From positions 1 to 26,402 of the IMG/VR virus record IMGVR_UViG_3300035181_000748: DNA of 26,402 nt; one strand, 5' to 3'. Made by a program: the position numbers and the translations under genes. The first letter of the stretch is position 1, and each line of letters begins with the position of its first letter. Shown here piece by piece: positions 1-12,100 of this stretch. Origin of the DNA: a virus. Its lineage: Duplodnaviria; Caudoviricetes. The notes under the pieces were generated by a model, which did no database searches, was not told where the DNA came from, and was given only the letters and a program-made list of their open reading frames with translations.

Positions 1-141
1 GTCAGCAAGGCGTACCTGATACTATGGCACGTCCAGCAGGCGATGGAAACGGAGTGGGTGGAACTGCCGGAAGAGGTGTGGCCGGAGGCGGAACGTCTGC
101 ATCTTCTGGCGTTACCGCTGACAACGCCGCAAATCCAGTAG
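1..141 (+). CDS. 3' end of a putative overprinted small gene (+1 frame within the giant ORF)
   Basis: Frame 1 reads VSKAYLILWHVQQAMETEWVELPEEVWPEAERLHLLALPLTTPQIQ* (stop 139-141), which looks globular, while the giant frame here is G/A/T-rich low complexity. Confidence 0.5.
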   Translation, partial: VSKAYLILWHVQQAMETEWVELPEEVWPEAERLHLLALPLTTPQIQ

Positions 142-3100
142 CGAATCAAACCACTGCGCAAAACACTATCTCGCCTGTCCAGCAGCACAAACCAGTTGTC
201 AATCAAACTGAACCCATCACGCCTCCGCCGCAGCAACATGGCGCACCAGATGCGGTCATTAAGCCTGCAAGCCAATCGGCTGGTGAGCAGGCACCTATCA
301 TCACTCCCGATCGGAGAGCACAGGGCGCACAGGAGAAGCCAGCGAAGACTTCCAGTCCGCGCCAGAAGGTTTCCGTCGATACGTCACGCCACACGCTATT
401 GCAGGCTATCGCCATCAAGGGCGTGGATGCTACAGACCCACTAGCAAACGACTTGCGCAAATCGCTGGGCTTGTCTGACGGCAAGAACATGCGGGTCAAT
501 ATTCCAGGCCATCCGCCCATGTGGCTATTCCGCAAGAATGGGAAACGGCTGGACACGATTGCCGGAGAACTATCGCAATCCGGCGAGCGTTACTTGGATG
601 CGCATGACCGGCAGGAAATGCTGGACAAGTTGTATGACAATCCAGACCATATGACTCCAGAAGGAACAGCAACCAAGGCGCAGCGCGAGTATGAGGCCGA
701 GCAGGCCGATCATCAGGCCGGGAGCAAGGAAAGATTTGAATCCACGATAGCGACGCATGATATTTATGATGAAACTACCGATGCAGAATGGGAGAATATC
801 CTTGAAGACGGTCGTCTCATGTCGGCAGAAGAAGCCGATAAATTTTTCGCGGAACCCGCAGAAAATCAGGAGCATGGAAATGATCAGCAAAGAACAGCGC
901 AAGAGGCTAGAAAAAATGACGCCGGAGGAATTGCGGAGAACGGCACTTCTGGCGCTCAAGAAACGGGCGGCAAAGCGTTTGGCCTTGCAGGGCAAACCAA
1001 CGAAGAAATAAACGCTGCAGCACAAGCGGAACACGAAGCCGAGATTGCAAAGATCAAGGCTGAACGTGACGCGGCGAACAAGCGCGCAAAAGAAGCAGAA
1101 GAACAACTCAAAGCAGACAACACCTCAAACGGCAATGCCGCTGACGCTTTCAGCATGACACAGCCTGAGCCAGTCAGCAAGGCGCAGCAGAAGGCTATCG
1201 ACAAGAAGAAAGCGGAAACAGAACTGGTCGGGCAGTCTGATCTTTTGAGCCAGTCCAATGCGCCAACATCCAACCAGTCAGAATTCGAGAAGATCGGAAT
1301 GGTTCGGTCTGGAGATTCGTGGCGATGGAAAGGGAACGTTGACGGCGATGCCTACGACAGCGTAACAGTCAGGCCGTGGAAGGGCGGTTTCACCGTTACG
1401 ACTGGCGGGTATTTCAATTCGCCATTGGGCGGAAACGCTTTACCCACAAAAGAAATCGGAACGTTCAAGACGGAGAGCGAAGCGGTTAGCGCGGCCAAGG
1501 AACAGATAGCATCCAAGCAGGTTGCGAAAGAAGATCATACCGGTCAACCATCCATCTCAGCAACGGAAAACAATCCCACCGATGCTGCGAAATCAGAGTT
1601 TTCGACGCTGGAGAGAGACCTTATTTCCAAGGCGCACGATAAAGAATATGATGGCGATGTTGGGGTTGTTGTAGGCGGCGGGAAGGTTAAGTTTGTACCC
1701 ATTGAAGACGCCATAGACGCCGCTAAAAAAGCAATCGCGTCTGGCGTTAAAGCAGTTCCGTTCCAGATTCACAATGCCACAGGTATCCGTATTGGAGATG
1801 TCCCTTTGGTGTTGGAAAAAGTAGGCGCCGAATTTGAATCGACAACAAAGGAATCGCAAAATGCAAACTCTTTACAAACCAAGCATGTATCCCAAAGAGC
1901 TTCGGGAGAAGATCAATCATATGTCGCAGACGGCCATCGAGATAGCCAACCGATGGGCGCTGGGCTGGCCGAGCACGGTCAAGGACTTGATCACAACCGG
2001 GGAGTATCTGGAAGCACTCAAGGAGCAGGAACGCGAGGAAATCAAGGTGAAACTGGAGCCAGGGCTGAACCATCTACCGAGTTGGGAGAAGGCCGAGTTG
2101 TACGGCCTGAGTCAGAACCCGCCAGCGGCGTCAATCGACACGAGACCACTACCGAAGAAGGAACAGACCACGTAATTGACGCCGACGAGATCGGCAAAGG
2201 CGGACTTGGCAAGAAGTACCGCGACAACATAGCGGCCATCAAGATTCTAAACACCATCGAAGCCGATGGGAGAGACGCAACACCAGAAGAGCGCAAGGCG
2301 CTGTCAAAGTACGTTGGATGGGGCGCCATGAAAGGCCTGTTCGACCCTAACAACAAGACATGGGCCAAGCAGCATGATGAACTCAAGGAATTGCTGACCG
2401 ATGAGGAATTCCGTGCTGCACGCGCATCAACCCTGGATGCGCATTACACCAGCCCAGAAGTCGTGAACAGCATGTACGATGCGCTGTCCCGCCTGGGATT
2501 CAAGTCTGGCCGCGTGCTAGAGCCGTCTGTCGGTGTGGGAAATTTCTTCGGCTTGATGCCGCGAGAGATGCGCAACTCCTCGCAACTTTACGGCGTGGAA
2601 CTCGACTCGCTGACCAGCCGCCTGGTGTCTGCGCTGTATCCGAAAGCCAAAATCGCCAAGGCCACAGGCTTCCAGGACTTCGAGATACCGTCAGAATACT
2701 TCGACGTGGTGATCGGCAACCCGCCGTTCGGATCGTATCCGTTGGTTGATAAGGAGCGCAGCCCGTATTCTGGGTTCAGCATTCACAACTATTTCCTCGC
2801 CAAATCAATCGACAAGTTACGGCCAGGCGGAATCATGGCCGTTGTCGTCTCTCACAATTTCCTTGATGCACAGGATTCCCGCGTGCGCAAGTGGATCGGA
2901 GAACGCGCCGGCCTGGTCGGCGGAGTGCGCCTACCAAACACGGCATTCAAGGATAATGCTGGCACAGAGGTTGTGACCGACATCCTGATCTTCCAGAAAC
3001 ACGACAAGGACGGGCTTCCGGATTCTATCGCACCATGGCAGGACGTGGTTGGGCAGATCAACATCAACCCCAAGACAGGGGAACACGCCACCCACAATGT

Positions 3101-6100
3101 CAATCAGTTCTTCGTAGCAAACCCGCAGTACGTGCTGGGCAAGCCATCAGCGGGCGGCACCATGTATTCGGCCAACGAATACACCGTTGAACAAGACGGC
3201 GACATCAAGAACGCATTGGCGAAGTGGGCCAAGGCTCTGCCGGAAAACATGTTCGACAACATCGACCGTGCAAGCGATGCCGCCGTGGTGGATATGGCCG
3301 TGCCCGATGGAATCAAGATAGGATCATACTACGTCGATGCCAACGGTAAGGTAATGCAACGCGGCAATGACCTGATGGGCAATAAAACCGCTGTCGCATG
3401 GGAGCCGCGCTTTGATTCGCAGGTCGGGCGCATGAAGGGCATGATCGCCATTCGTGACGCGCTGCGCAAGCAGATGCGCCTGGAGCGATCCGTTGACGCA
3501 ACTGAGCAGGACATCGAAGCCAACCGTGCAGAACTGAACCGGCTCTATGACGACTTCTTCAAGAAGTACAAGCACCTGAACAGCACCACCAACCGCAGCG
3601 TCTTCCTTGACGACCCTGAGTCCCATCTAATTCAGGGTCTGGAATTTGACTATGACAAGGGGATTGGCAAGGCGACCGCCGAGAAGGAAGGTATTGAACA
3701 ACGCGAAGCCAGCGCCACCAAGGCCGACATTTTTCGGCGCCGTGTCTCCTTCCCGCCGAATGATCACATGACCGTAACCACGGCCAAGGACGCGCTGCTG
3801 GCATCACTGAATTACCGCGGCAAGGTTGATCCTGCCTACATGTCCGAGGTCTATGGTAAACCCATGGATGAGATCGTCAAGGAACTTGGCGATGTGGTGT
3901 TCGACGATCCGCAAAGTGGCATCGTGACCGCTGACGAGTACCTATCTGGCGATGTGAAAACCAAGCTGGACGAGGCCAAGTATGCCGCCCAGGACAATGC
4001 CAAGTACCGCAGAAACGTGGAGGCGCTTGAAAAGGTAATCCCGAAGGACAAGACGCCGAGCGAGATTTCCGTGAGCATCGGCGCATCGTTCGTGCCTGCC
4101 GATGTTTATGAGCAGTTCGTCAAGCACATCTCAGGCGGCAGCGCGACCGCCAGCTACATCAAGGCAACCGGCCAGTGGTTGATGGCTTTCAACGCGGGCA
4201 ACGATCCGTCCCTTAATACGGGGCGCTTCGGCACGTCAGACATGTCAGCACAAGACCTGTTCCAGTTGACCATGATGGGCCGTGGCGCTGTGGTGAAAAA
4301 GACGATGCGCAATTCTGACGGTTCCACCACCACGATCCTGATGGAGAAGGAAACCGAAGCCGCCCGAGAAAAGCAGAACGCCATCAAGGCAGAGTGGCAG
4401 AAATGGCTATGGCAAGACCCGGAGCGCGCTGACCGCATCGCATCTATCTACAACGACAAGATGAACCGGATTGTCGGGCGTAAATATGACGGATCGCACA
4501 TGAGTTTCCCCGGCATGAATCCGTCCTACTCACTGCTGGCGCACCAGAAGAACGGCGTGTGGCGTGGCTTGCAGACCTATCAGGTGCTCTACGATCATGT
4601 CGTTGGTGCCGGAAAGACCTTCGAGATGGCAACGCTGGCAATGGAGATGCGCCGACTAGGCATCGCCCGCAAGCCGTTGGTCGTGGTGCCAAACCACCTG
4701 ACGCTGCAATTCCGCAGTGATTTCACCCGCCTGTACCCAGGATCGGACATTCTGGTTGCAGCGCCAGAGGATTTCAGCAAGGACAACCGGGAGCGACTGT
4801 TTGCCAAGATCATCACTGGTGATTGGGATGCTGTTGTGATCGGCCATTCTTCCCTGAAAAAAATCGGCCTGCCAGAGAAAACCGAGCTCGCCGTCCTGCA
4901 AGAGCAGATATCCGAACTGACAGACTCCATAGAGGACATGAAGCGAGCGCGCGGCGACAAGCGCATCACCGCTGACATGGAGCGCATCCGCAAGAATCTG
5001 GATGCCAAGATGAGGGACAAACTGGCCGCAGTGGGTAAGCGCAGCAAGATGGTCACGTTCGATGAACTAGGTGTTGATGCCATGTTCATCGACGAAATGC
5101 ACGAGTTCAAGAACCTGGCTTACAACACGACGATGGATCGCAACCCAGGCATGGGCAATCCTGCTGGCTCGGCAAAAGCCTTTGATCTGTTCGTCAAGAC
5201 CCGCTGGCTGTTCGATACCTTCGGCGACAAGACCCCGTTCATCACCGCAACTGGAACGCCGATTTCCAACTCGCTGGTGGAGATGTTCAACATGCAGCGG
5301 TACATGCAGTACCCGACTTTGAAGCGTCAGGGGCTGAACGTGTTCGACGCATGGGCCAAGCAGTTCGGAAGCGTGGAGAACGTCTATGAGGTTTCCCCGT
5401 CTGGATCGGGATACCGGCAATCTACCCGCTTTGCCAAGTTCACCAATCTTCCGGCGTTGATGAGCCTCTACAACACGTTTGCCGATACAGTCACTCTGGA
5501 CGACCTGAAAGCGCAAGAAGAAGCGCAAGGAAATAGGTTCCCTGTGCCAAAGATGGTAGGCGGTCGTCCGGTTCTGGTGGTAGCCAAACGCTCTCCGTCC
5601 GTGGCTGCACTGATGGGCGTGCCCGAGGCGCAGACCGACGAGGCTGGAAACATCCTGTTCGGCGCCAATCTGGATTCTGATATTCAAATCAAGCAGGACG
5701 AGAAATCAGGAAAATGGACGGCCAAAGTGGGCGATGCGCGTCTGGGGACGTTCGAGACCGAGGAAGATGCCCGTCTCAAGGTGGTCGAGAGCGCACTGAC
5801 TCCAGTGGTATCGGTTGATTCGGAGTCCATCCTAGGTAGGTTTGCCAACCTGCGCCAACTTACCAAGGAAACGAAAGGCAGGGTCAATGCGCTGTCGCTG
5901 ACCGGCGAAGCCAACAAGGCAGGGCTTGATTATCGCCTGATTGACCCGAAAGCTCCAGACTTCCCAGGCTCCAAGATCAATCTGGCCGTGGATAACATGA
6001 TGCGCATCTACAAGCAGTGGGATGCCGACAAAGGCACGCAACTGGTGTTCTGCGATCTGTCGATTCCGCTGTCTGCCCGTTCCAGCTACTCCAACAAGTC

Positions 6101-9100
6101 GCGCCGCCTGTACGTGCGCGACGAGGCGCGCGGCATTGAGATGAAGCGCGGCACCATGCACGCCATGCCAGGCCACGAGGATTTGCCGTACTTCGTGGTG
6201 CAGCGCGGCGATAAGGAATCTAAGCGATTCGACGTGTATGACGCTGCCTCCGGCCTGCGCCTGCAATCCGATTTCCGCAGCAAGCAGGACGCCATCGACG
6301 CCGCCATTGGATTTCTTAGCGACGAGGACAAGCGGCAGAAGTGGATCAACGCGCGCGAAGCAACTGGCGAAATAGAGCAAGGCGAAATAGACGAGTACAA
6401 CAACGAAAACGACATCGACGTTGATGATCCGTCCATGTTCTTCACTCGGGATGATGTGGCTGGAGTTTCTGGCTCTGCCAAGTTCTCGGTGTACGACGAC
6501 ATCAAGGCCAAGCTGATAGCCAAGGGCGTGCCGGAGCATGAGATAGCTTTCATACATGACTACAATACCCCCACGGCCAAGGACAAACTTTTCAAAGCAG
6601 TGAATCATGGAGGTGTGCGCTTCTTGCTGGGTTCCACGCCAAAGATGGGCGCTGGCACCAACGTGCAAGAGCGCTTGGTGGGCCTGCATCACATTGACGC
6701 GCCGTGGCGTCCGTCTGATCTTGAGCAGCGAGAAGGGCGCATCATCCGCCGCGGTAACAAACTGTATGAACGCGACCCGGAAAACTTCGAGGTTTTCATC
6801 GGTCGCTACGCCACCGAGCAGACCTATGACACCCGGCGCTGGCAGATTCTTGAGCACAAGGCGCGCGGCATCGAACAGTTACGCAACTACGACGGAACGC
6901 TCAACGAAATCGACGACATCGAGGGCGAAGCCGCTAACGCTGCCGACATGAAGGCCGCCGCATCAGGAGACCCCCTGATCCTTGAGGAAACCAAACTGCG
7001 CACTGACGTGCGGCGCCTGGAGAATTTGCAGGCAGCATACGCCGATGAAGTGCTGTCCATGACACGCAAGTCCCGTAGCGCGCAGGAGTACGCAGATAAA
7101 TCTGGGCCAGCATTCGTGCGCGAGATCAGGGAGTCCATTGGCACCACGGCCAAGCACCCTGTAGATAAGGACGGATTCGCGCCAATCAGCGTTCAGGGAG
7201 GCAAGGCTCTGTCAGACAAGGATGCCGCCAACAAGGCGCTGGCTTCCGTATTCGAAAACGTACGCAGTCACATGATCGACACGGCTTCAATTCAATATCG
7301 TGGCCTAGAATTCGAGTTGAAGCATGTTTCCGGTAACGTCATCATGTACACCCCTACCGGCATCGGCGGGACATGGGGCGCCACAGATACGTTCTCTCCG
7401 TCTGGCATGGTGCAGCGCCTCAAGAACTACATTGACCGGCTTCCTGCCATGCTGGATGACACGCTTGCCGGCATCGAGAAATCGAAAAAGGATGCTGCCT
7501 CGATGCGCGAACTTGCCAAGCAGCCATTCCCGCAAGCCGCCGACCTAGAGAGAGCACGAGAGGCCCACAAGAAAGTTCAGCGTGCGCTGATGGCGAAAGG
7601 GCCGGAAGTTCCTGATGAGCAGAAAGCCGCGGTAGTTTCCGGTATTGAGCAGCAGAAGGCGAAACTGCGCGAACTTGGGTTTGGCGATGCGCTGAACGAG
7701 CTTTCCGGGTCTGCCAAGTACAGCCGATCAGCAACACTCGCCCGCAACCCGCACACCGAATCCACACTTCGAGACGCAATCAATTCATCCTTCCCAGGGA
7801 CTAAGAACTTTGCTGACTCGCTGATCGCAACGGGCAAGTTCCACATTATCGGTAGCGAGGATATTGGGAAGCATCTGGGTCAAGGTGCGAATTTCAGCAA
7901 GGCATCGCAGACAGATACGCCAGCATTCAAGAAGTGGTTTGGCGATAGTAAAGTGGTGGACTCAGATGGCAATCCGCTTGTGGTATCGCATTTTACCGAC
8001 GCAGACGATATAAGCGTGTTTGACCGTGGACGCCTAGGATCGAATACAGAAAGCAACACAGATCAAGAACAGGCGTCAAAGATGGCGAGACTCGGTTTTT
8101 GGTTTTCTGATTCTGATATTCGCTACACGCATGATCGTGGGAGAGGTGTGTTCGCGGATAACAAGATTGATGCTTTTCTCGCTATCTCTCATCCAAAGGA
8201 ATATGCCACCTTTGATGAAATGTGGCATGAATCTGATTCCTATGAAACCGCAAAAGAATGGCGCACGAAACTTGAACACGATGGTTACGATGGCGTTGTG
8301 GTGCGTGATGATAATGAGCTAGGAGGAACATCATATGTAGCCTTCCACCCAAACCAAATAAAATCCGCCACCGGAAACATCGGCGCCTTCGACCAAACCA
8401 ACCACGATATTCGCTATTCCAAAGACGGCAGAATCCTGGCATTTGTCAAAAATGGAGAAACATTCTTCGTCCACGACAACATCAGCCAGACAGACGATAG
8501 CGTGAAGGGTTTGTTGCTGCACGAGCTTGGCGATCACGCGCTGATGCTCGGACGCACTGATGCAGAATTCAAGAATATACTGCGCCAGTTCAAGATGATG
8601 GGCAATGCTGGAAACGAGAAGGTTATAGAAGCGCAAGCGCGAGTCCCGGAAGGAACGCCAGCGCATTTTGTTGACGAGGAAAGCCTGGGGTATTTCCTGG
8701 AAGCCAATCCAGAACTGCCCTTTTCTCAGAGAGTCATCGCATGGTTCCGCGACGCCCTGCGCAAGCTGGGAGAGAAACTTAAGGGCATCCAGAAATTGCA
8801 ATGGATTCAGTGGGCAAACAGGCTGAACGAGTCTGATATCGTCTACATGGCTACCCAAGCCACACGCGGCGCCACCGCAACGCTTCGTAACTCGCAGGAC
8901 AATTCCGGTAAAGGCGTTCCGCTATTCAGCAAACAGGCGCAGAATGATCACTATGAAGTACAACCAGACGCCGCTCGCAACCTGCCTATCGACGGGGCCG
9001 AACTTACGGCCTTACGTCGTGCTGCGGCTGGTATCGAAGCGGCAGAGCGCGGCATTACATTCACCGTCAACGCAGATGGTCGAGCCATCGTCACAGGCCC

Positions 9101-12100
9101 AGCGCGCGTCAAGGTTCCCGCTCGATTCCGGAGATTCGCCAACGACCACGGACTGACGCTGGTTGTCCAGCGCTCATACGGCCCGTTTGTTAATTCCAAC
9201 ACTCCCATGCCAATTGCCTACCGCGAGGCTGGAGCACTGTATTTTGGCGAGATTGGAGAAAACCACCTTGACCGCACAGGAAAGACACGGTTCAGCAAAC
9301 CAGACCAGGAAAACAAAGCACGGGCGTTTGACGGTAACGGCATGACCGCTGCCGCCGTGCGGGCAGAAATCTCCCCTATCCTTGCCAAGTGGAAGCACGG
9401 AAACATCCAAGTCGTGCAGTCCATATCAGAACTTCCAGACAGCCTTCAACGCGAGGTTCATGCAGTGGGCGCGGAAGGAGACATGGAAGGCGTCTATGTC
9501 GGGAATGGCACAGTGTACATGGTGGCAGACCATTTGCAGAACGCCAGGCGCGTACATGAAGTTCTGGCGCATGAGGCTATAGGCCATCTCGCAGCCGAGG
9601 AATTGACAGACCAGGCCGACTACCAGCGCGCCATCAATAGCGTGCAGACGCTGGATCGCATCGGCAACAAGACCATCCGCGCATTGGGGGATGCCGTAGA
9701 CGAACGCCAACCTGGATTGTCCGCAAAGAGCCGCGCTAAGGAAATCATGGCGCTGGCTGTGGAGAGAGGCAGCTACAGGGACATTCCGCTGCTGCAAAAG
9801 GCGATAACGTCCATTGTGTCATGGGTGAAAGCAAGGTTGCGCGCCATGGGTTTGAACACCAAGTGGGTAAACAGCATGAGCGAAGGCGAGGTGTTTTCCA
9901 TGCTGCGTCAGGGTGAGCGAAGACTGGAAAGTGAGAAGACAGGAAAGGATGGTGCCGTGTCTGGCGCAGCCATGGCGAGTAGGGGCGGAGTGGATGGAAT
10001 TATTCGGCGCCTTAAGTGGAAGGACAGCGCAGTATTGAATGGATTGCCGTCGTATCGTGGCGATGGTTTTTCGATTTTTGCAACAACCGAAATACCCCAT
10101 GAGGATGATTTTCAAACGCACCCGTATGCGCTACATTGGGGGCATATCGCGCAGATTCCAGAAGGGTCGAAGCCTTACCAATTCACCATTCGGGGTGAGA
10201 AAGGAGTCGGCGCTATCGGCGACATGAAGGCCGACGTAGACGGTAATGGTAATATCGTGGCAATTCACGATATAAACATTTATGGAAAACGCGCAGGGAT
10301 TGGCGCTAAGATCGTGGCAAGCATCGCCGCGAATTCGCCATCACCAATCAAGATTGTAGAAGCCATCCCGCAATCACAGGGATTCTGGAGAAAGGTAGGA
10401 CTCAATGAACTCGACGACAAAAACACCGGATACATCTCCGCCACCGATGCCGCGAGATATATTCTCGGCCATGAGAGAAGAACGGCGCAAGGCTTCAAAG
10501 AAGGCGTCAATAGAGTACCAACTGACGCCGGAGCAGAAGGCGTTTATAGAGAAGGAATTGAAACCGGAGAAGTAAGCCCGGAAGAAGCTGGAAAGTATCA
10601 GTTTTCGCGCTCTTCCATCATTGGCGCATCAGGTCGCGCCTACACCCCAGAGCAACTTGCTGCGATGGAGCGCACCGGCTCTGTCGTCACCAAGAAAACC
10701 ATCCAGGAAACAATCAAGTCGCTCTGGCAGGACGCCGGTAAGAAGCTCGCCCAGGGCGTATTCGACCAGTTCAGACCCGTTCGTGATCTGTCATCGCACG
10801 CCTATACGTTGATGCGTCTGTCAAAGGGCGCACCAGGCGCATTTGAGGCGTTCATGCACCACGGAAAGCTATCGTTGCGCGATGGCGCTTATGATGCCGA
10901 TACCAGCGGAGGTGTGATGGAGAAGGTGTTTTACCCGCTTGGAAAGGAATCCACCGACTTCTTGCGCTGGGTCGCAGGCAACCGCGCTGAGAGACTGGCG
11001 ACCGAAGGCAAGGAAAACCTGTTCACGCCTGACGATATTGCAGCGTTCAAATCGCTTGCAACTGGCGATACCGACTTTGACTACACATTACCGAACGGTA
11101 ACGTCACACGCAACCGGATGTTGATTTACCGCGACTCGCTCAGGAAGTTCAACGAGTTCAACAAGAACGTGCTTGATATGGCAGAACAGTCAGGGCTGAT
11201 TGATCCAGAAAGTCGCCACCTGTGGGAGCATGAGTTCTACGTCCCGTTCTACCGCACGGTAGACGACAATGACGGCGGCGTTCGCGGCATGAATATCAAG
11301 CAAGGTGTCGTGCGTCAGGAAGCATTCAAGAAACTCAAGGGAGGCGACGAGAAGCTGAACGATTTACTCGCCAATACCCTGATGAATTGGGCGCACCTGA
11401 TAGACGCCAGCGCCAAGAATCGCGCGGCAACCGCTACTCTGCAAGCCGCTGTTAAAGTCGGCGCCGCAAGACTTGCATTGGCCGGAGATAAGAAAACAGT
11501 ATGGCACATGAGCGGGGGACAAAAAGTAGAATACAAGGTTGATGACCCCTACCTGCTGGACGCAATCAGCAGCCTGGAGTATGCCGGACTGCGAGGCCCA
11601 GCCATGGACGCCATGTCCACCATGAAGCACTGGCTGACGGTAGGCGTCACCGCATCACCATTCTTCAAGGTGCGCAACCTGATCCGCGACTCCATTCAGT
11701 CGATAGCCACCGCGGACATGGGCTATAACCCGCTGAGTAACGTGATAAAAGGATACAAGCTGACTGACCGCGCGGCGCAGGAGTATGTCTCGGCGCTGGC
11801 TGGCGGAGGCTTGATTCGATTCGGCACCATGCTGGAAGGAAACGAGGCAAGCCGCGTGCGTCAACTCATCAAGCAGGGCGCGAGCGACCAGCATATCCTT
11901 GATAGCGAGAGCAAACTACGCGCATTCTACGACAAGTACGCGGAACCATTGATTTCTGCATACGAAGAACTCGGAAATAGAGGCGAGGAAATTAACCGCA
12001 TGGCGCTATACGACTCGCTAATCAGCAAAGGCGTAGACCATGCGACCGCATCGCTTATGGCACGCGACCTGATGGATTTCTCCATGCGTGGCACTTGGGG

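Noticed and set aside
196-444. +1-frame 82-aa ORF
   Set aside because: R/S/H-rich off-frame composition with a non-ATG start and no SD.
5610-6480. Inteins in the helicase
   Set aside because: No C/S...HN-C/S/T splice junctions or LAGLIDADG motifs are visible.
5067-6857. Long antisense ORFs (5832-6857, 341 aa; 5067-5687, 206 aa)
   Set aside because: They are shadows of the strongly codon-biased helicase region, with no motifs or RBS.
8944-9156. Another +1-frame ORF inside the giant gene
   Set aside because: The host frame looks folded here, and the +1 product is S/P/Q-rich with no good SD, unlike the accepted nested ORFs.
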